NCBI GenBank assembly: GCA_021730945.1
Contig: JAKFYH010000016.1
Location: 66,533-130,532, forward strand
From: Acidobacteriota bacterium
Lineage (GTDB): Bacteria > Acidobacteriota > Vicinamibacteria > Vicinamibacterales > UBA2999
Direction: 5' to 3'
DNA: 64,000 nucleotides
Shown here: positions 48,702-59,549 of the stretch, one piece after another
Layout of the letters: each line of letters begins with the position of its first letter
How positions within the stretch are numbered: the first letter of the stretch is position 1
Position numbers and translations under genes: made by a program
The notes under the pieces: model-generated
Database searches by the model: none
Told to the model about the DNA's origin: nothing
Seen by the model: the letters and a program-made list of their open reading frames with translations, nothing else

Positions 48702-49201
48702 GACTGCTGCAACTCGCCGACCAGGTCTTCGAGACGGTCGTAGCTGAGGGCGACGCCCTTCTCCATGCCGGACCCGATCACCATGTCGCGGACCTCCTTC
48801 GATGGATACGCGCAAGTGGCCGTCAGCCGCGTCTGGCCGTCTTCTTCGGTCAGGACGCTGGTGACCACCGAGACCGCATCCGGATAAGGCTCGAAGATCT
48901 CAGTGAAAACGAGCCGGCCCGGTGGCTGGATCTCGCGGTACTCGCCGTAGAAACAGACCTCGCCATTGGGTGCAGCGTTGACAAACCGCCACTTGCCGCC
49001 GACGCGCAAGTCGACCTCGCATACCGGCACGGTGTAGCCCGGGCCAAGGTTACCCCACCAGCGCTTTATGTGCTCGGGCTTGCTCATGGCGTCAAACACC
49101 AGCTGGCGCGGCGCGCGGAACAGCCGCGTCATGACAATCTCGTGGTCGGACGGCGTCGAGACCGAGAAGCTTTCCTTATTTGCGACGGGACTTACGGCCA
49201 T
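48698..49201 (-). CDS. SRPBCC/AHSA1-like protein
   Basis: MTRLFRAPRQLVF, WWG, DLRVGGKWRF, GMEKG. Confidence 0.9.
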   Translation of the reverse strand: MAVSPVANKESFSVSTPSDHEIVMTRLFRAPRQLVFDAMSKPEHIKRWWGNLGPGYTVPVCEVDLRVGGKWRFVNAAPNGEVCFYGEYREIQPPGRLVFTEIFEPYPDAVSVVTSVLTEEDGQTRLTATCAYPSKEVRDMVIGSGMEKGVALSYDRLEDLVGELQQS

Positions 49202-49535
49202 GGGGCTTCTCCTGTTGCTGCAGTTCCTGCAGGTAGTTGTCGAGGCGGTCGAGCCGCTGTTGCCAAATCTGCCGATACGGCTCGGCCCAGTCCGCCACTT
49301 CCTTCAGCGGACCGGCTTCGATGCGGCATGGCCGCCACTGCGCTTCGCGTCCCCGCGCGATCAGGCCGGCCCGCTCGAGCACCCGCAGGTGTTTCGAGAC
49401 GGCCGGCATGGTCATGTCGAACGGTTCGGCCAGTTCGGTGACGGAGCATTCGCCGGTGACGAGCCGGGCGAGAATGGCCCGGCGCGTCGGGTCGGCGAGG
49501 GCGGCGAAGGTGGTACTCAGTTGGTCGGTCGGCAT
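49176..49535 (-). CDS. ArsR/SmtB-family regulator
   Basis: FAALADPTRRAIL, AVSKHLRVLERAGLI. Confidence 0.95.
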   Translation of the reverse strand: MPTDQLSTTFAALADPTRRAILARLVTGECSVTELAEPFDMTMPAVSKHLRVLERAGLIARGREAQWRPCRIEAGPLKEVADWAEPYRQIWQQRLDRLDNYLQELQQQEKPHGRKSRRK

Positions 49536-49544
49536 GGGATGTAA

Positions 49545-49603
49545 TAAACCATTTAGTTAATTAACCTGTAGGTTTAATATACTGGCGCCGGCCCTGCTGT
49601 CAA
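49545..49603. promoter_or_regulatory. ArsR-type operator palindrome with minus-strand promoter
   Basis: TAAACC-ATTTA-GTTAATTAAC-CTGTA-GGTTTA; minus-strand TTGACA (49603-598) and TATATT (49581-576). Confidence 0.7.
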
Positions 49604-49626
49604 GGCATACAACCCGGAGGTGGCTG

Positions 49627-50109
49627 ATGAACACCGATCGCATCGAGAAGACCATTGTGCTGCGGGCCCCGCGCGCCATGGTGTGGCGCGCGCTCACCAA
49701 CGCCGATCAATTCGGCGCCTGGTTCGGCGCGAAGATGGGCGGTGTCTTCACTCCCGGCGCGCGTGTCACCGGTCGCATCACCGCGCCCGGCTACGACCAC
49801 CTCACCATGGACCTGGTGATCGACCGGCTTGAACCCGAGCGACTGTTTTCGTATCGCTGGCATCCCTTTGCCATCGACCCGGCCGTGGACTACTCCGGAG
49901 AGCCGATGACGCTGTGCGAGTTCACGCTGGAGGAGACCCCCGACGGCACGCGGTTGACCGTGATCGAGTCGGGCTTCGACCGCATCCCGCCCGCCCGCCG
50001 CGACCTTGCCTTCCGCATGAATGACGGTGGCTGGACAGCCCAGATGCAGAACATCCAACGGTATCTCGACGGACTCACGGGCGGCGGGCCTGGTGCTCCA
50101 ATGCCTTGA
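49627..50109 (+). CDS. SRPBCC family protein
   Basis: VWRALT..FGAWFG, FSYRWHP, TRLTVIESGF, GGW. Confidence 0.9.
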   Translation: MNTDRIEKTIVLRAPRAMVWRALTNADQFGAWFGAKMGGVFTPGARVTGRITAPGYDHLTMDLVIDRLEPERLFSYRWHPFAIDPAVDYSGEPMTLCEFTLEETPDGTRLTVIESGFDRIPPARRDLAFRMNDGGWTAQMQNIQRYLDGLTGGGPGAPMP

Positions 50110-50971
50110 CGATCGCGGTGAGCGCGGCGTTGACCGGGCAGGCGATGCCGTAGTGCCCGCCCAGGGCGACGACGGCGCCATTCAGGTAGTCGATTTCGGT
50201 CTGCCGCCCCTTCTGCAGGTCCTGCAGCGTTGACGCCACCGTCGCGGCCGATGCGAACACCTTGTCGATGACCGCCATGAAGTCTTCGTCAAACCGCACC
50301 CCGTCGGCCGCCGCCGCCGCCACGCACTCGTCAATCACCAGGCGCTTGATTGGCGCCAGCTTCGGATCGACGATGCCGCCCACGGTGGTTCCGGTGATCG
50401 CCGTAATGGGGTTGATCACGCAGTTGAAGACGGTCTTGCGCCACATCGCCGTCTTCATATCGTCGATCACCCGGCCGTCGAGGTCGCACGCGGTCAACGC
50501 TTCGGCAATGGCCCCGGCCCGCTCGTGCGCCTCGACCAGCGTGTATCCCGCCACGGTGTGCTCAACCACCCCGGGCCCGCGCAGGATGGCACCGACCTGC
50601 GTGATCGCGCGCAGCGTGACCGCCCGCTCACCCACCAGATCGCGCACGATGCGTTCAGAGTAAAGGCCGTTTTGCACACACAGGATCGTCACCGACGGCG
50701 TCAACAGCGGCACGAGGGGGCGCACCGCCTCCTCTGAGTTGCCGACCTTGGTGGTGAGAATGACCAGCGTGCCAGGTTCGATGGCGTCGAGGCGGGTGAC
50801 CGCCTTTACCGGGAAGGTGCCACGGCGAATCGCCCCCTCGATTCGAAGGCCGCTCTCGCAAATGGCTCGCACGTGCGGCTCAGTGCCCACCAGAGTCACG
50901 TCGTGACGCGACGCCAACTGGTAACCGTAGACGCTGCCGATGGCGCCTGCCCCCACCACCACGATAGTCAC
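50075..50971 (-). CDS. panE: 2-dehydropantoate 2-reductase (ketopantoate reductase family)
   Basis: VVGAGAIG, VQNG, WRK..N...NPITA, STLQDL..GR.TEIDYLNG. Confidence 0.88.
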   Translation of the reverse strand: MTIVVVGAGAIGSVYGYQLASRHDVTLVGTEPHVRAICESGLRIEGAIRRGTFPVKAVTRLDAIEPGTLVILTTKVGNSEEAVRPLVPLLTPSVTILCVQNGLYSERIVRDLVGERAVTLRAITQVGAILRGPGVVEHTVAGYTLVEAHERAGAIAEALTACDLDGRVIDDMKTAMWRKTVFNCVINPITAITGTTVGGIVDPKLAPIKRLVIDECVAAAAADGVRFDEDFMAVIDKVFASAATVASTLQDLQKGRQTEIDYLNGAVVALGGHYGIACPVNAALTAIVKALEHQARRP

Positions 50972-51056
50972 GCGGCTATCGTAGTCGCAGTCGACTACCT
51001 GGTGACTCCGTAGCCTGGAGATCGGTATCATCAGGGGTCAAATTGAGGAGGCCAGT

Positions 51057-52211
51057 ATGAGTCGAACGTGGATGGGACTAGTCGCCGGAGTGGCGTTGTT
51101 GTCGGCGACCGTGTTGGCGCAGGCGCCGCTCAGGTCGGCCTTGCACGACTACCGCGTCGTCACCGTCGTCGACACGCTGGTTCAACCCTGGTCGATGGCG
51201 TTCCTGCCCGGCGGCGATACGCTGATCACCGAGCGGCCCGGGCGCCTGCGGATTCTGCGCAACGGCAAGCTTCTGCCGCAACCGGTCGAGGGGTTGCCTC
51301 CGGTACTGTTTGCGGGTCAGGGAGGACTGCTCGAAGTCGCGCCACACCCGGACTTCGCGTCCAACCGGCTGATCTACGTGTCGTTCTCGAAGCCGATCGG
51401 TGATGGCAAGGAAGGGACCACGGCCTTGATTCGCGGGCGGTACGAGAACGACCGCCTCACCAACGTGCAGCAGCTCTTCGAGTCGATCTCAAAGGGTCGC
51501 GGACACTACGGCGGGAAGATCGCGTTTGACGGCAAGGGCTTTGTCTTCCTCACGCTGGGCGACCGACAAGTGCCGCCCGAAGGCGATCTTGAGGCCCACC
51601 CGGCGCAGGACCTCAGCAACCACCACGGCACCATTGTCCGGCTGCACGACGACGGCCGCGTGCCGGCGGACAATCCTTTCGTCAGTCGTGCCGGCGCGCG
51701 CCCCGAGATCTGGAGCTACGGCCACCGCAACGTGCAGGGCCTTGCGATCAATCCCGAGACCGGTGATGTGATGGCCAACGAACACGGGCCCCAGGGCGGC
51801 GACGAACTCAATCGTATTCTGCCCGGGCTCAACTACGGCTGGCCGGTCATCGGCTTCGGCGTCAACTACACGACTGGTCTCGCCATCCACAAGGGTACGC
51901 ATCGCGAGGGCATGGAGCAGCCGCGGCATATCTGGGTGCCATCGATCGGCGTTTCCGGCGCCATGTTCTACACCGGCGATCGTTTCCCGCAGTGGAAGGG
52001 CAACCTGTTCGTGGGCGGCATGGCTGGACAGCGGCTCGCGCGGCTGACCATGAAGGGCAACGCAGTGATCGGCGAGGAAGCGCTGGTGCCGCGGATGGGC
52101 CGCATCCGCGACGTGCGCCAGGGGCTGGACGGATTGATCTACTTGATCACCGACGATCGCGACGGCAAGCCGACACCGATCTACCGCCTCGAACCCGCCG
52201 ATCGCCAGTAA
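51057..52211 (+). CDS. PQQ-dependent sugar dehydrogenase (second paralog)
   Basis: GQGGLL, GHRNVQG, EHGPQGGDELN, NYGWP, RIRDV. Confidence 0.93.
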   Translation: MSRTWMGLVAGVALLSATVLAQAPLRSALHDYRVVTVVDTLVQPWSMAFLPGGDTLITERPGRLRILRNGKLLPQPVEGLPPVLFAGQGGLLEVAPHPDFASNRLIYVSFSKPIGDGKEGTTALIRGRYENDRLTNVQQLFESISKGRGHYGGKIAFDGKGFVFLTLGDRQVPPEGDLEAHPAQDLSNHHGTIVRLHDDGRVPADNPFVSRAGARPEIWSYGHRNVQGLAINPETGDVMANEHGPQGGDELNRILPGLNYGWPVIGFGVNYTTGLAIHKGTHREGMEQPRHIWVPSIGVSGAMFYTGDRFPQWKGNLFVGGMAGQRLARLTMKGNAVIGEEALVPRMGRIRDVRQGLDGLIYLITDDRDGKPTPIYRLEPADRQ

Positions 52212-52224
52212 AGGAGTGTTGGGG

Positions 52225-53562
52225 TCAGGCCCCGGGACGCCGGACCAGATAAACGACAGTGGCGATGGCGAGGCAGATGCCGAAGCCGATCCATTCATCG
52301 GGCGTGAGGCCGGAGAGCAGCCACCCGATGACTGCGACGGTGAGCCACGGCACGGCACTCATCAACAGGGCTGCCGAGGACGACCCGTTTCCAGGTGACC
52401 GCGGCTCGGCGCGACTGCCCATCTGGCGCAACCGCCACGACGCCAGTGCGCAGCCCAGGTACAGCGCGAGCGCCGAGACATTGGCGAGGATTGCCAGCTT
52501 CTCGAACGTGCCGGTGATCGCCAGGGCAAGCCCCAACGTCGACTGAAAGAGGATGGCCGTCTGCGGCGTGTGGTGGGTGGCATGAACCGCAGCCAGCGCC
52601 CGTGGCAGGTAGCCGTCGCTTGCCAGCGCGAACACCATGCGCGGCATCGACAGCGTCATGCCGCCGAGATAACCGAACATCGACAGCGACGCGCCGCCCA
52701 GCAGCAGCGCCGCGGCCCAGCTGCCGAACGAAGCCCCGGCGGCCTCGGCCAACGGCGACACTGTCGCCAGCGCCAGGCCGCTGCCGAGCACACCCTGGGC
52801 CACCACCTGCAACAACACGTAGAGCGTGGTGATTCCCACCATGGCCAGCGCGATCGCGCGCGGCACCGTGCGCGCGGTATCGCGGACTTCGCCGCTCGGC
52901 ACCAACGCGCACTCGATCCCGGCAAACGCGAAGATCAGCAGCAGCGACGTGCGGGCGACATCCCCAACAGCCGGCATGGCCGCCACCTTCAGGTTGTCGG
53001 TATCGATGAAGAACAACCCGCCGATCGCCACCAGCAGCAACGGCAGCAGCTTGGCGACGGTGGCGATGGAGTTCAGCCGCACCCCCAGCGTCACGCCCCG
53101 CAGGTTGACCACGGCCCAGAAGCCGAACGACACCGCGAGAATGGCGACCTCCATGCCGTACCCCGCCAGCGTGGGCACCAGCAGTCCGAGGCTTGAGGCA
53201 AACACGGTCGATACGGCCGCCGTGGCAAACGTGCCGAGCATCCACAGCAGCGCGCCAGAGAGAAAGCCCGCGTACGGACCGAAGGCGGTGCCGACATAGG
53301 CGTACGGCCCGCCGGTGAGCGAGACCCGGCGGCCGGCATCGGCAATGCACAGCACGATCAGGCCCATGGCGACAGCGCACACCAGATAGGCGATCGGCGC
53401 GGCGGCACCGAGCGAACCGGCAACGTTGGCCGGCAGGCGGAAGATGCCGCCGCCGATGGTGATGTTGATGATTGCCGCAGCCAGCCCGAAGGTGCCGATC
53501 GCCCGGACCAACGACTCGTTGCCGGCGACGGCGCGCCGGGCGGGCGGGGTAGCTGAAGACAT
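52225..53562 (-). CDS. APC-family amino acid permease
   Basis: IGGGIF, GGPYAY, FAFAGIE; about 12 TM segments. Confidence 0.92.
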   Translation of the reverse strand: MSSATPPARRAVAGNESLVRAIGTFGLAAAIINITIGGGIFRLPANVAGSLGAAAPIAYLVCAVAMGLIVLCIADAGRRVSLTGGPYAYVGTAFGPYAGFLSGALLWMLGTFATAAVSTVFASSLGLLVPTLAGYGMEVAILAVSFGFWAVVNLRGVTLGVRLNSIATVAKLLPLLLVAIGGLFFIDTDNLKVAAMPAVGDVARTSLLLIFAFAGIECALVPSGEVRDTARTVPRAIALAMVGITTLYVLLQVVAQGVLGSGLALATVSPLAEAAGASFGSWAAALLLGGASLSMFGYLGGMTLSMPRMVFALASDGYLPRALAAVHATHHTPQTAILFQSTLGLALAITGTFEKLAILANVSALALYLGCALASWRLRQMGSRAEPRSPGNGSSSAALLMSAVPWLTVAVIGWLLSGLTPDEWIGFGICLAIATVVYLVRRPGA

Positions 53563-53590
53563 CGACCGTGATGTTATCGTGGAGGCTGTC

Positions 53591-54214
53591 ATGCGGCTTT
53601 GGGATATTTCTCCGGTCGTCGCCGCCGGCACGCCGTGCTTCCCTGGCGACACGGCCTACTCGCAGCGGTGGCATGCCGAGATTGGACCCGGCTGTGCGGT
53701 CAACGTCAGCGCCATCACCATGTCGCCGCATCTGGGCGCGCACGCCGATGCGCCGCTACACTACGGCGCCGGCGCCGCCGCGATCGGCAGCGTCGACCTC
53801 ACGCCGTTTCTTGGACCCTGTCGCGTGATCCACGCCATCGACCGCGGCGCGCTGATCACCGCCGATCACCTTGCGCACGCGGCGGCCGGGTTACCCGCTC
53901 GCGTGCTCGTTCGCACCTGCCGTCACGCCCCGACGGCCTGGTCGTCCACCTTCAGCGCGTTTGCGCCGTCGACCATCGCCTGGCTGGCCGGCCGCGGGGT
54001 CCGCCTGGTCGGCATCGACTCGGCGTCGGTCGATCCGGCCGAGAGCAAGACGCTCGACAGTCATCAACAGCTGCTGGCCCACGACATGCGGGTCCTTGAG
54101 AATCTTGTCCTCGATGAAGTGGACGAAGGCGACTACGAACTGATCGCGCTGCCGCTGAAGCTGGCGACTGCGGATGCCTCACCGGTGCGCGCGGTGTTGC
54201 GGCGGTTGCCATGA
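53591..54214 (+). CDS. kynB: Arylformamidase (kynurenine formamidase)
   Basis: [31 protein letters not shown]; GGAGG RBS. Confidence 0.93.
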   Translation: MRLWDISPVVAAGTPCFPGDTAYSQRWHAEIGPGCAVNVSAITMSPHLGAHADAPLHYGAGAAAIGSVDLTPFLGPCRVIHAIDRGALITADHLAHAAAGLPARVLVRTCRHAPTAWSSTFSAFAPSTIAWLAGRGVRLVGIDSASVDPAESKTLDSHQQLLAHDMRVLENLVLDEVDEGDYELIALPLKLATADASPVRAVLRRLP

Positions 54215-55536
54215 CGCGCGACTGGTGCCTGGCCCGCGATGCGGCCGATCCGCTCGCGCCACTACGGGCTCTGTTCGCGATGGCGCGGGCCGACGCCGAC
54301 GGCGTCATCTACCTCGATGGCAACTCGCTTGGCGCGCTGCCCGCCGCCACCCCCGCCCGGGTCGCCACCGTCGTGGAAGACGAGTGGGGCGCCGGCCTCA
54401 TCCGTAGTTGGAACTCCGCTCCGCGACCCGGGGGCCCGAACCAGGGGCCAGCGGGCTGGATCAACCTGCCTCAGATCATCGGCGACAAGATCGCGCCCCT
54501 GATCGGCGCCAGGGCTGGCGGCGTGGTGGTGGCCGATTCGACCTCGGTCAACCTCTATAAAATCCTGACCGCCGCCATGGTGATCGCGGTGGCACGCACC
54601 GCGTCGCCCTCGTCTGGCCGCTTCCGCGTCCTGTCCGAGCGCTCCAACTTTCCCACCGACCTCTACATCGCCGATACCCTGGCGCGGGAGCACGGCTGCG
54701 AGCTGGTCCTCGCCGACACCGACGACCTCCCGGCGCTGCTCGACAGCCGCGTTGCCGTCCTCATGTTGACGCACGTCAACTACCGGACCGGCCGCATGCA
54801 CCGCATGGCCGAGATCACGGCGGCCGCGCACGACGCCGGCTCCCTGGTAGTGTGGGACCTCGCCCACTCGGCCGGTGCGGTTCCCGTGGACCTGATGGGC
54901 GCTGACGCCGACTTCGCGGTCGGCTGCGGCTACAAGTACCTGAACGGCGGCCCTGGCGCCCCGGCCTTCGCGTGGGCCCATCCCAGGCATACCGCCTGGA
55001 TGGATACTCATGACTGGCGGCAGCCGCTGGCCGGCTGGCTCGGTCATGCCGCTCCCTTCGCGTTCACGCCTGACTACCGGCCCGGCGCCGGTATGTCGCG
55101 ATTCATTTGCGGCACGCCGCCGATGTTGTCGCTCGCGGCGCTCGAGTGCGGTGTCGATACGGTGTTGGCCGCTGACTCCTACGGCGGCATGGCGGCCATC
55201 CGCCAGAAGTCACTCGCGCTCACCGATCTGTTTATCGCGCTGGTGGAAACCCGTTGCGGCAACCAAGGTCTCACGCTCGTGACCCCGCGCGACGCCGCCG
55301 ACCGTGGCAGTCAAGTCAGCTTCGCGCACGACACCGGCGGCTACCCGATCATGCAGGCGCTGATCGCCCGCGGCGTGATCGGCGACTTTCGCGCCCCCGA
55401 CATCCTGCGATTCGGCTTCACTCCGCTCTATACCCGGTACGTCGACGTGTGGGACGCGGTGGCCCACCTCGAACAGGTGATGACCACCGGCGAATGGCGC
55501 GAGCCGCGCTTCGCCGTGCGCGCTGCCGTCACCTGA
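54211..55536 (+). CDS. kynU: Kynureninase
   Basis: [35 protein letters not shown]. Confidence 0.96.
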   Translation: MTRDWCLARDAADPLAPLRALFAMARADADGVIYLDGNSLGALPAATPARVATVVEDEWGAGLIRSWNSAPRPGGPNQGPAGWINLPQIIGDKIAPLIGARAGGVVVADSTSVNLYKILTAAMVIAVARTASPSSGRFRVLSERSNFPTDLYIADTLAREHGCELVLADTDDLPALLDSRVAVLMLTHVNYRTGRMHRMAEITAAAHDAGSLVVWDLAHSAGAVPVDLMGADADFAVGCGYKYLNGGPGAPAFAWAHPRHTAWMDTHDWRQPLAGWLGHAAPFAFTPDYRPGAGMSRFICGTPPMLSLAALECGVDTVLAADSYGGMAAIRQKSLALTDLFIALVETRCGNQGLTLVTPRDAADRGSQVSFAHDTGGYPIMQALIARGVIGDFRAPDILRFGFTPLYTRYVDVWDAVAHLEQVMTTGEWREPRFAVRAAVT

Positions 55537-57865
55537 ACTCGGGCCCTGTCGCGCTCGCCGAGCCATCGAGCACTTCGCGCACCTTACGCCGCAAGCCGAG
55601 CGCGCCAAACGGCTTGCCGATGAACGCCGAGGTTTGGCCCGCCAACTTCCCGGGCAGGTCGGTATTTTCGGTGTAGCCAGACATGAAGAGGATCTTGGTG
55701 CCTGGGCGGGCCTCATCGAATTGCGCCGCAAGGTCCTTCACGGTCATGCCGGGCATCACCATGTCGGTGAGCAGCAAGTCGATGACGCCTTCGTGCCGGT
55801 CAGCCGCATACAGCGCTTCGTCGCCATTGGCGGCCGGGAGCACGGTGTAGCCGGCAGCTTGCAGGATCAGTGTCGTCAGCAGCCGCACGCCATCTTCGTC
55901 CTCGACGACAAGGATGGTTTCAGTGCCGTGCAACTGTGGTGAGGGGAGAGCCGGCGCCGCCGCCCCCAGCGCCTGCGCGACCTGGGGCAGGTAGATGGTG
56001 AAGGTTGTCCCGTCGCCGACCTCACTCGCGACCCAGATACTGCCGCCGCTCTGCTTGACGATTCCGTAGACGGTGGATAATCCGAGTCCGGTGCCTTTTC
56101 CCCGCTCCTTGGTGGTGAAAAAGGGCTCGAAGATATGGAGGCGCGTCGCCTCGTCGATGCCGTCGCCGGTGTCGCTGATGGCCAGCGCGACATGTGGGCC
56201 AGGCCGCACCGACGGGTGGTTGTTGGCAAACGCTTGATCGAGATCGACATTCATGGTCGTGATGGTCAGCGTGCCACCCGCGCGCATGGCGTCGCGGGCA
56301 TTGACGGCAAGGTTCATGACCACCTGCTCGATCTGCCCCGGATCGGCCAGGACGTTGCCAACATCCGCCGCCGCCGACACTTCCAGGGCGACGTCCTCAC
56401 CGATCAGGCGGCGCAGCATGCCCTGGAGATCGCCGATCAGGGAGGCGAGGTTCAAGACATCGGGTTTCAGGATCTGCTGGCGACTGAAGGCCAGCAGTTG
56501 ACGGGTCAGTGCCGCCGCCCGGTTGCCGGCGGCGTGAATCTGCATGAAGTCCGCGCGCCGGGGATCGCCCTCGTCGAGGTCGCCCAACGACATTTCAGCC
56601 GTGCCGTTGATGACGGTCAGCAGGTTATTGAAGTCGTGGGCGACGCCGCTGGCAAGCCGCCCGACTACCTCCATCTTCTGGGACTGGAGGAACTGCGCCT
56701 GCAGCCGCATCGGCTCGGTCAGGTCGCGCTCGATGCCAATGAAGTGGGTCACCTCGCCGTTCGCGTCTCGCACCGAGGTCATGCTCTGATCGATGGTGTA
56801 CTTGCTGCCATCCTTACGGCGATTGGTCATCTCGCCATGCCAGGTGTCGCTGGTCAGCAGGGTGTCCCACAACTTCTGGTAGAAGGCGTCGTCGTGAACC
56901 CCCGACCTCACCAGGTCGCGAGGGTTCTTGCCGATGGCCTCCTCACGGCTGTAGCCGGTCATGGTCGTGAACGCCTGGTTGACCCATTCGATGGTGCCGC
57001 GACTGTCGGTGATGACCACGCCGTCGGCGGCGGCATTGAGTGCGGCGCTTTGGACGCGCAATCCCGCCTCGGATTGCGCGCTCTTGGTTCGGTCGAGCAC
57101 GAACGCCACGCCATGGCCGGGTGCGTGCTCGAATGCGGTGGCGCCAATCACGACCGGGACCCGTGAACCGTCCTTGCGAAAGTATTCCTTCTCGAACGGC
57201 GTGCAAGTACCCTTGTCGGCAATCTCCTGCAGCCCGCGCCGGTCGGCCGCCGCAAACTCCGGTGGCGTCATCTCATTCCAGCGGAGCCGGCCGTGGCGGA
57301 CATCGTCCTGGGTGTAGCCGACAATGTTCAAGAAGGCGTCGTTGGCCTCCGCGATGGCCCCGGCTGAGTCCCAGAACAGCAGTCCGATCATGTCCGATTG
57401 CATGATGCCGCGGAACCGGGCCTCGCTGTTCGCCAACGCCGACTCGGACCGTTCGGCCTCCAACTCCAGGGCGCGTTGCTGGCGGCGGCGCTCCGCCTCC
57501 CGCAACTCCCGCTGCACGGCAGGGACAAACCGTCTCAGGTCTTGCTTGAGGATGTAGTCATGCGCGCCCGCCCGCATCATGGCCACCGCCGCGTCTTCGC
57601 CAATGCTGCCGGAGACCACCACGAACGGGAGGTCGTGGCCACTGTCTTTGAGTACGCGCAGCGCGGTTGGCGCGTCGAACCCGGGCATCGAATAATCGCA
57701 GACCACCAGGTGGCAGGCGTCCCGTTCCAGGGCCGCTGCCATCGCGCCGGCGGTCTGGACGCACTCCCACTGCGGTTCAAAGCCGCCGCGGCGCAGTTGC
57801 CGCAGGACCAGTTCCGCGTCGCTCTCGGAATCTTTGACGATCAGCACCCGTAGCGGTACGGCCAT
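55529..57865 (-). CDS. Hybrid histidine kinase REC-PAS-PAS-HisKA-HATPase-REC
   Basis: AHDFNN, NARDAM, EPFFTTK, GTGLGL; two PAS and two REC domains. Confidence 0.93.
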   Translation of the reverse strand: MAVPLRVLIVKDSESDAELVLRQLRRGGFEPQWECVQTAGAMAAALERDACHLVVCDYSMPGFDAPTALRVLKDSGHDLPFVVVSGSIGEDAAVAMMRAGAHDYILKQDLRRFVPAVQRELREAERRRQQRALELEAERSESALANSEARFRGIMQSDMIGLLFWDSAGAIAEANDAFLNIVGYTQDDVRHGRLRWNEMTPPEFAAADRRGLQEIADKGTCTPFEKEYFRKDGSRVPVVIGATAFEHAPGHGVAFVLDRTKSAQSEAGLRVQSAALNAAADGVVITDSRGTIEWVNQAFTTMTGYSREEAIGKNPRDLVRSGVHDDAFYQKLWDTLLTSDTWHGEMTNRRKDGSKYTIDQSMTSVRDANGEVTHFIGIERDLTEPMRLQAQFLQSQKMEVVGRLASGVAHDFNNLLTVINGTAEMSLGDLDEGDPRRADFMQIHAAGNRAAALTRQLLAFSRQQILKPDVLNLASLIGDLQGMLRRLIGEDVALEVSAAADVGNVLADPGQIEQVVMNLAVNARDAMRAGGTLTITTMNVDLDQAFANNHPSVRPGPHVALAISDTGDGIDEATRLHIFEPFFTTKERGKGTGLGLSTVYGIVKQSGGSIWVASEVGDGTTFTIYLPQVAQALGAAAPALPSPQLHGTETILVVEDEDGVRLLTTLILQAAGYTVLPAANGDEALYAADRHEGVIDLLLTDMVMPGMTVKDLAAQFDEARPGTKILFMSGYTENTDLPGKLAGQTSAFIGKPFGALGLRRKVREVLDGSASATGPEFR

Positions 57866-57866
57866 C

Positions 57867-58319
57867 TCATCCCCGCCTGACCGGCGGCGCCTCATTCAGC
57901 ACCAGCCAGTACAAGCCGATGTGGCGGACAGCCTCGCTGAACTGTTCGAAGTCCACGGGCTTACGGATGTAGCTGTTGGCACCCAGGCCGTAACTGTTCA
58001 CGAGGTCCTGTTCCTGGTTGGACGAGGTGAGGACGACCACCGGCTGCATGCGCGTTCTCGGGTCTTCGCGCAGCCGCTGGAGCACCTCCAGACCACTCAC
58101 CTTCGGGAGCTTCAAGTCCAGCAACACCAGTTGTGGCGAGACACTCACGTCGCGACCGGCGTAGGCCCCCGTGCCAAAGAGGTAATCAAGGGCCTCGGCG
58201 CCGTCCCTGGCCACGATCACTTCGTTCAGAATGTGGTTTCGCTTCAGCGCCCGGATGGTGAGCAGTTCGTCGTCCGGGTTGTCTTCCACGAGCAAGATTG
58301 CTTTTCCGGTGGCGGTCAT
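57867..58319 (-). CDS. Single-domain response regulator (Rcp1-like)
   Basis: LVEDNPDD, LLDLKLP, LTSS, GANSYIRKPVDF, YWL. Confidence 0.93.
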   Translation of the reverse strand: MTATGKAILLVEDNPDDELLTIRALKRNHILNEVIVARDGAEALDYLFGTGAYAGRDVSVSPQLVLLDLKLPKVSGLEVLQRLREDPRTRMQPVVVLTSSNQEQDLVNSYGLGANSYIRKPVDFEQFSEAVRHIGLYWLVLNEAPPVRRG

Positions 58320-59479
58320 GACGGGTCCTCGACGACAGGAAGTGTGAAGTAGAACGTCGCGCCCTTGTCAGGTTGGGCTTCCGCCCAGACGCGGCCGCCG
58401 TGGCGAAGAATGACCCGTTGGACCGTCGCCAGTCCGATTCCCGTGCCGGGAAACTCGGCGGTGGTGTGCATCCGCTGAAAGGCGCCAAACAGGCGGCCGG
58501 CATAGGTCATGTCAAAACCGGCGCCGTTGTCGCGCACGAAAAACACGCCGTCAGAGACGCGGCCCAGCCGGCCCATTTCGATGTGGGCCTGCTCGCGACG
58601 CCCCGTGAACTTGAACGCATTGCCCAACAGGTTGTCGAGCATGACCCGCAGCAGTTGCGGGTCACCGCTCGCGGCCAGGCCCTCGCCGATCCGCCAGTGA
58701 ACCAACCGTTCTCCTTGCTGCTGCCGCAACTCGGCAATGGCCAGTTGCGCCAGCGCGGTCAGGTCCACCCGGTCGTGCGTCATCTCCTGGCGCGTCACCA
58801 TCGACAGGCCGAGGATGTCGTCAATCAGCCGGCCCATCTGCTGCGCCCCTGCACGAACCCGCCGCAGGTAGTCCTGGCCGGTGGCATCGAGCCGGTCGCC
58901 GTAGTCCTCCAGCAGGGCCTGGCTGAAGCCGTCCATGCTGCGCAGTGGCGCGCGCAGGTCGTGCGAGACGGAATAGGCGAACGACTCCATTTCGGCGTTG
59001 GCGGACTCAAGTTGCGCGGCCCGGCGCTGGAGGTCGGCATTCAGTTGGGCCACGGTCTCCTCAGCCACCTTGCGCTTGGTGATCTCGGTGCGGATGGTGA
59101 TGAACTCGACCGGCCGGCCGGCCGGATCCACTCTCGGTACAATGCTGGCGGACACCCAGTAGAAGGAGCCGTCCTTGGCGCGGTTGCGCAACTCGCCGTG
59201 CCAGACCTGCCCGCCAAGAATGGTTTGCCACAACTCCTTCATCATCGCCTTCGGGTGGTACCCCGAGTTGAGGATGCGGAAATCCTGGCCCAGCAGTTCC
59301 GATCGCGAGTACTGGGTAACAGCGCAGAACTTGTCGTTGACGTAGGTGAACCGGCCCTCACTGGAAGTGATGGCCGCCATGGCGTGGAAGTCGATACCGA
59401 GCTTGAGCAGGGCCAGGGCGCCTGAATCCATGCCTTCGTCGTTATCGGCGTGTCCGGTCTGGCCTGGGGGGCCGTTCAT
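58316..59479 (-). CDS. Cytoplasmic PAS histidine kinase (Cph1/BphP-like transmitter)
   Basis: PAS; FAYSVSHDLRAPL, NAFKF, DNGAGF, FQRMH, GTGIGL. Confidence 0.92.
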   Translation of the reverse strand: MNGPPGQTGHADNDEGMDSGALALLKLGIDFHAMAAITSSEGRFTYVNDKFCAVTQYSRSELLGQDFRILNSGYHPKAMMKELWQTILGGQVWHGELRNRAKDGSFYWVSASIVPRVDPAGRPVEFITIRTEITKRKVAEETVAQLNADLQRRAAQLESANAEMESFAYSVSHDLRAPLRSMDGFSQALLEDYGDRLDATGQDYLRRVRAGAQQMGRLIDDILGLSMVTRQEMTHDRVDLTALAQLAIAELRQQQGERLVHWRIGEGLAASGDPQLLRVMLDNLLGNAFKFTGRREQAHIEMGRLGRVSDGVFFVRDNGAGFDMTYAGRLFGAFQRMHTTAEFPGTGIGLATVQRVILRHGGRVWAEAQPDKGATFYFTLPVVEDPS

Positions 59480-59549
59480 GGAAGTCCTCGCGAACCACTT
59501 GCAATTGCTGGGCGCCGTCTGTGGCTTTCCTTCGGACTCTACACCCGAT

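Noticed and set aside
52221-52233. GGGGTCAGGCCCC short palindrome between convergent genes
   Set aside because: Single imperfect copy in the window that overlaps a stop codon; cannot support it as a repeat family here
56750-59380. LOV or bacteriophytochrome photoreceptor
   Set aside because: The PAS domains read GKNPRDL and GQDFRIL rather than GxNCRFLQ; no GAF/PHY domain
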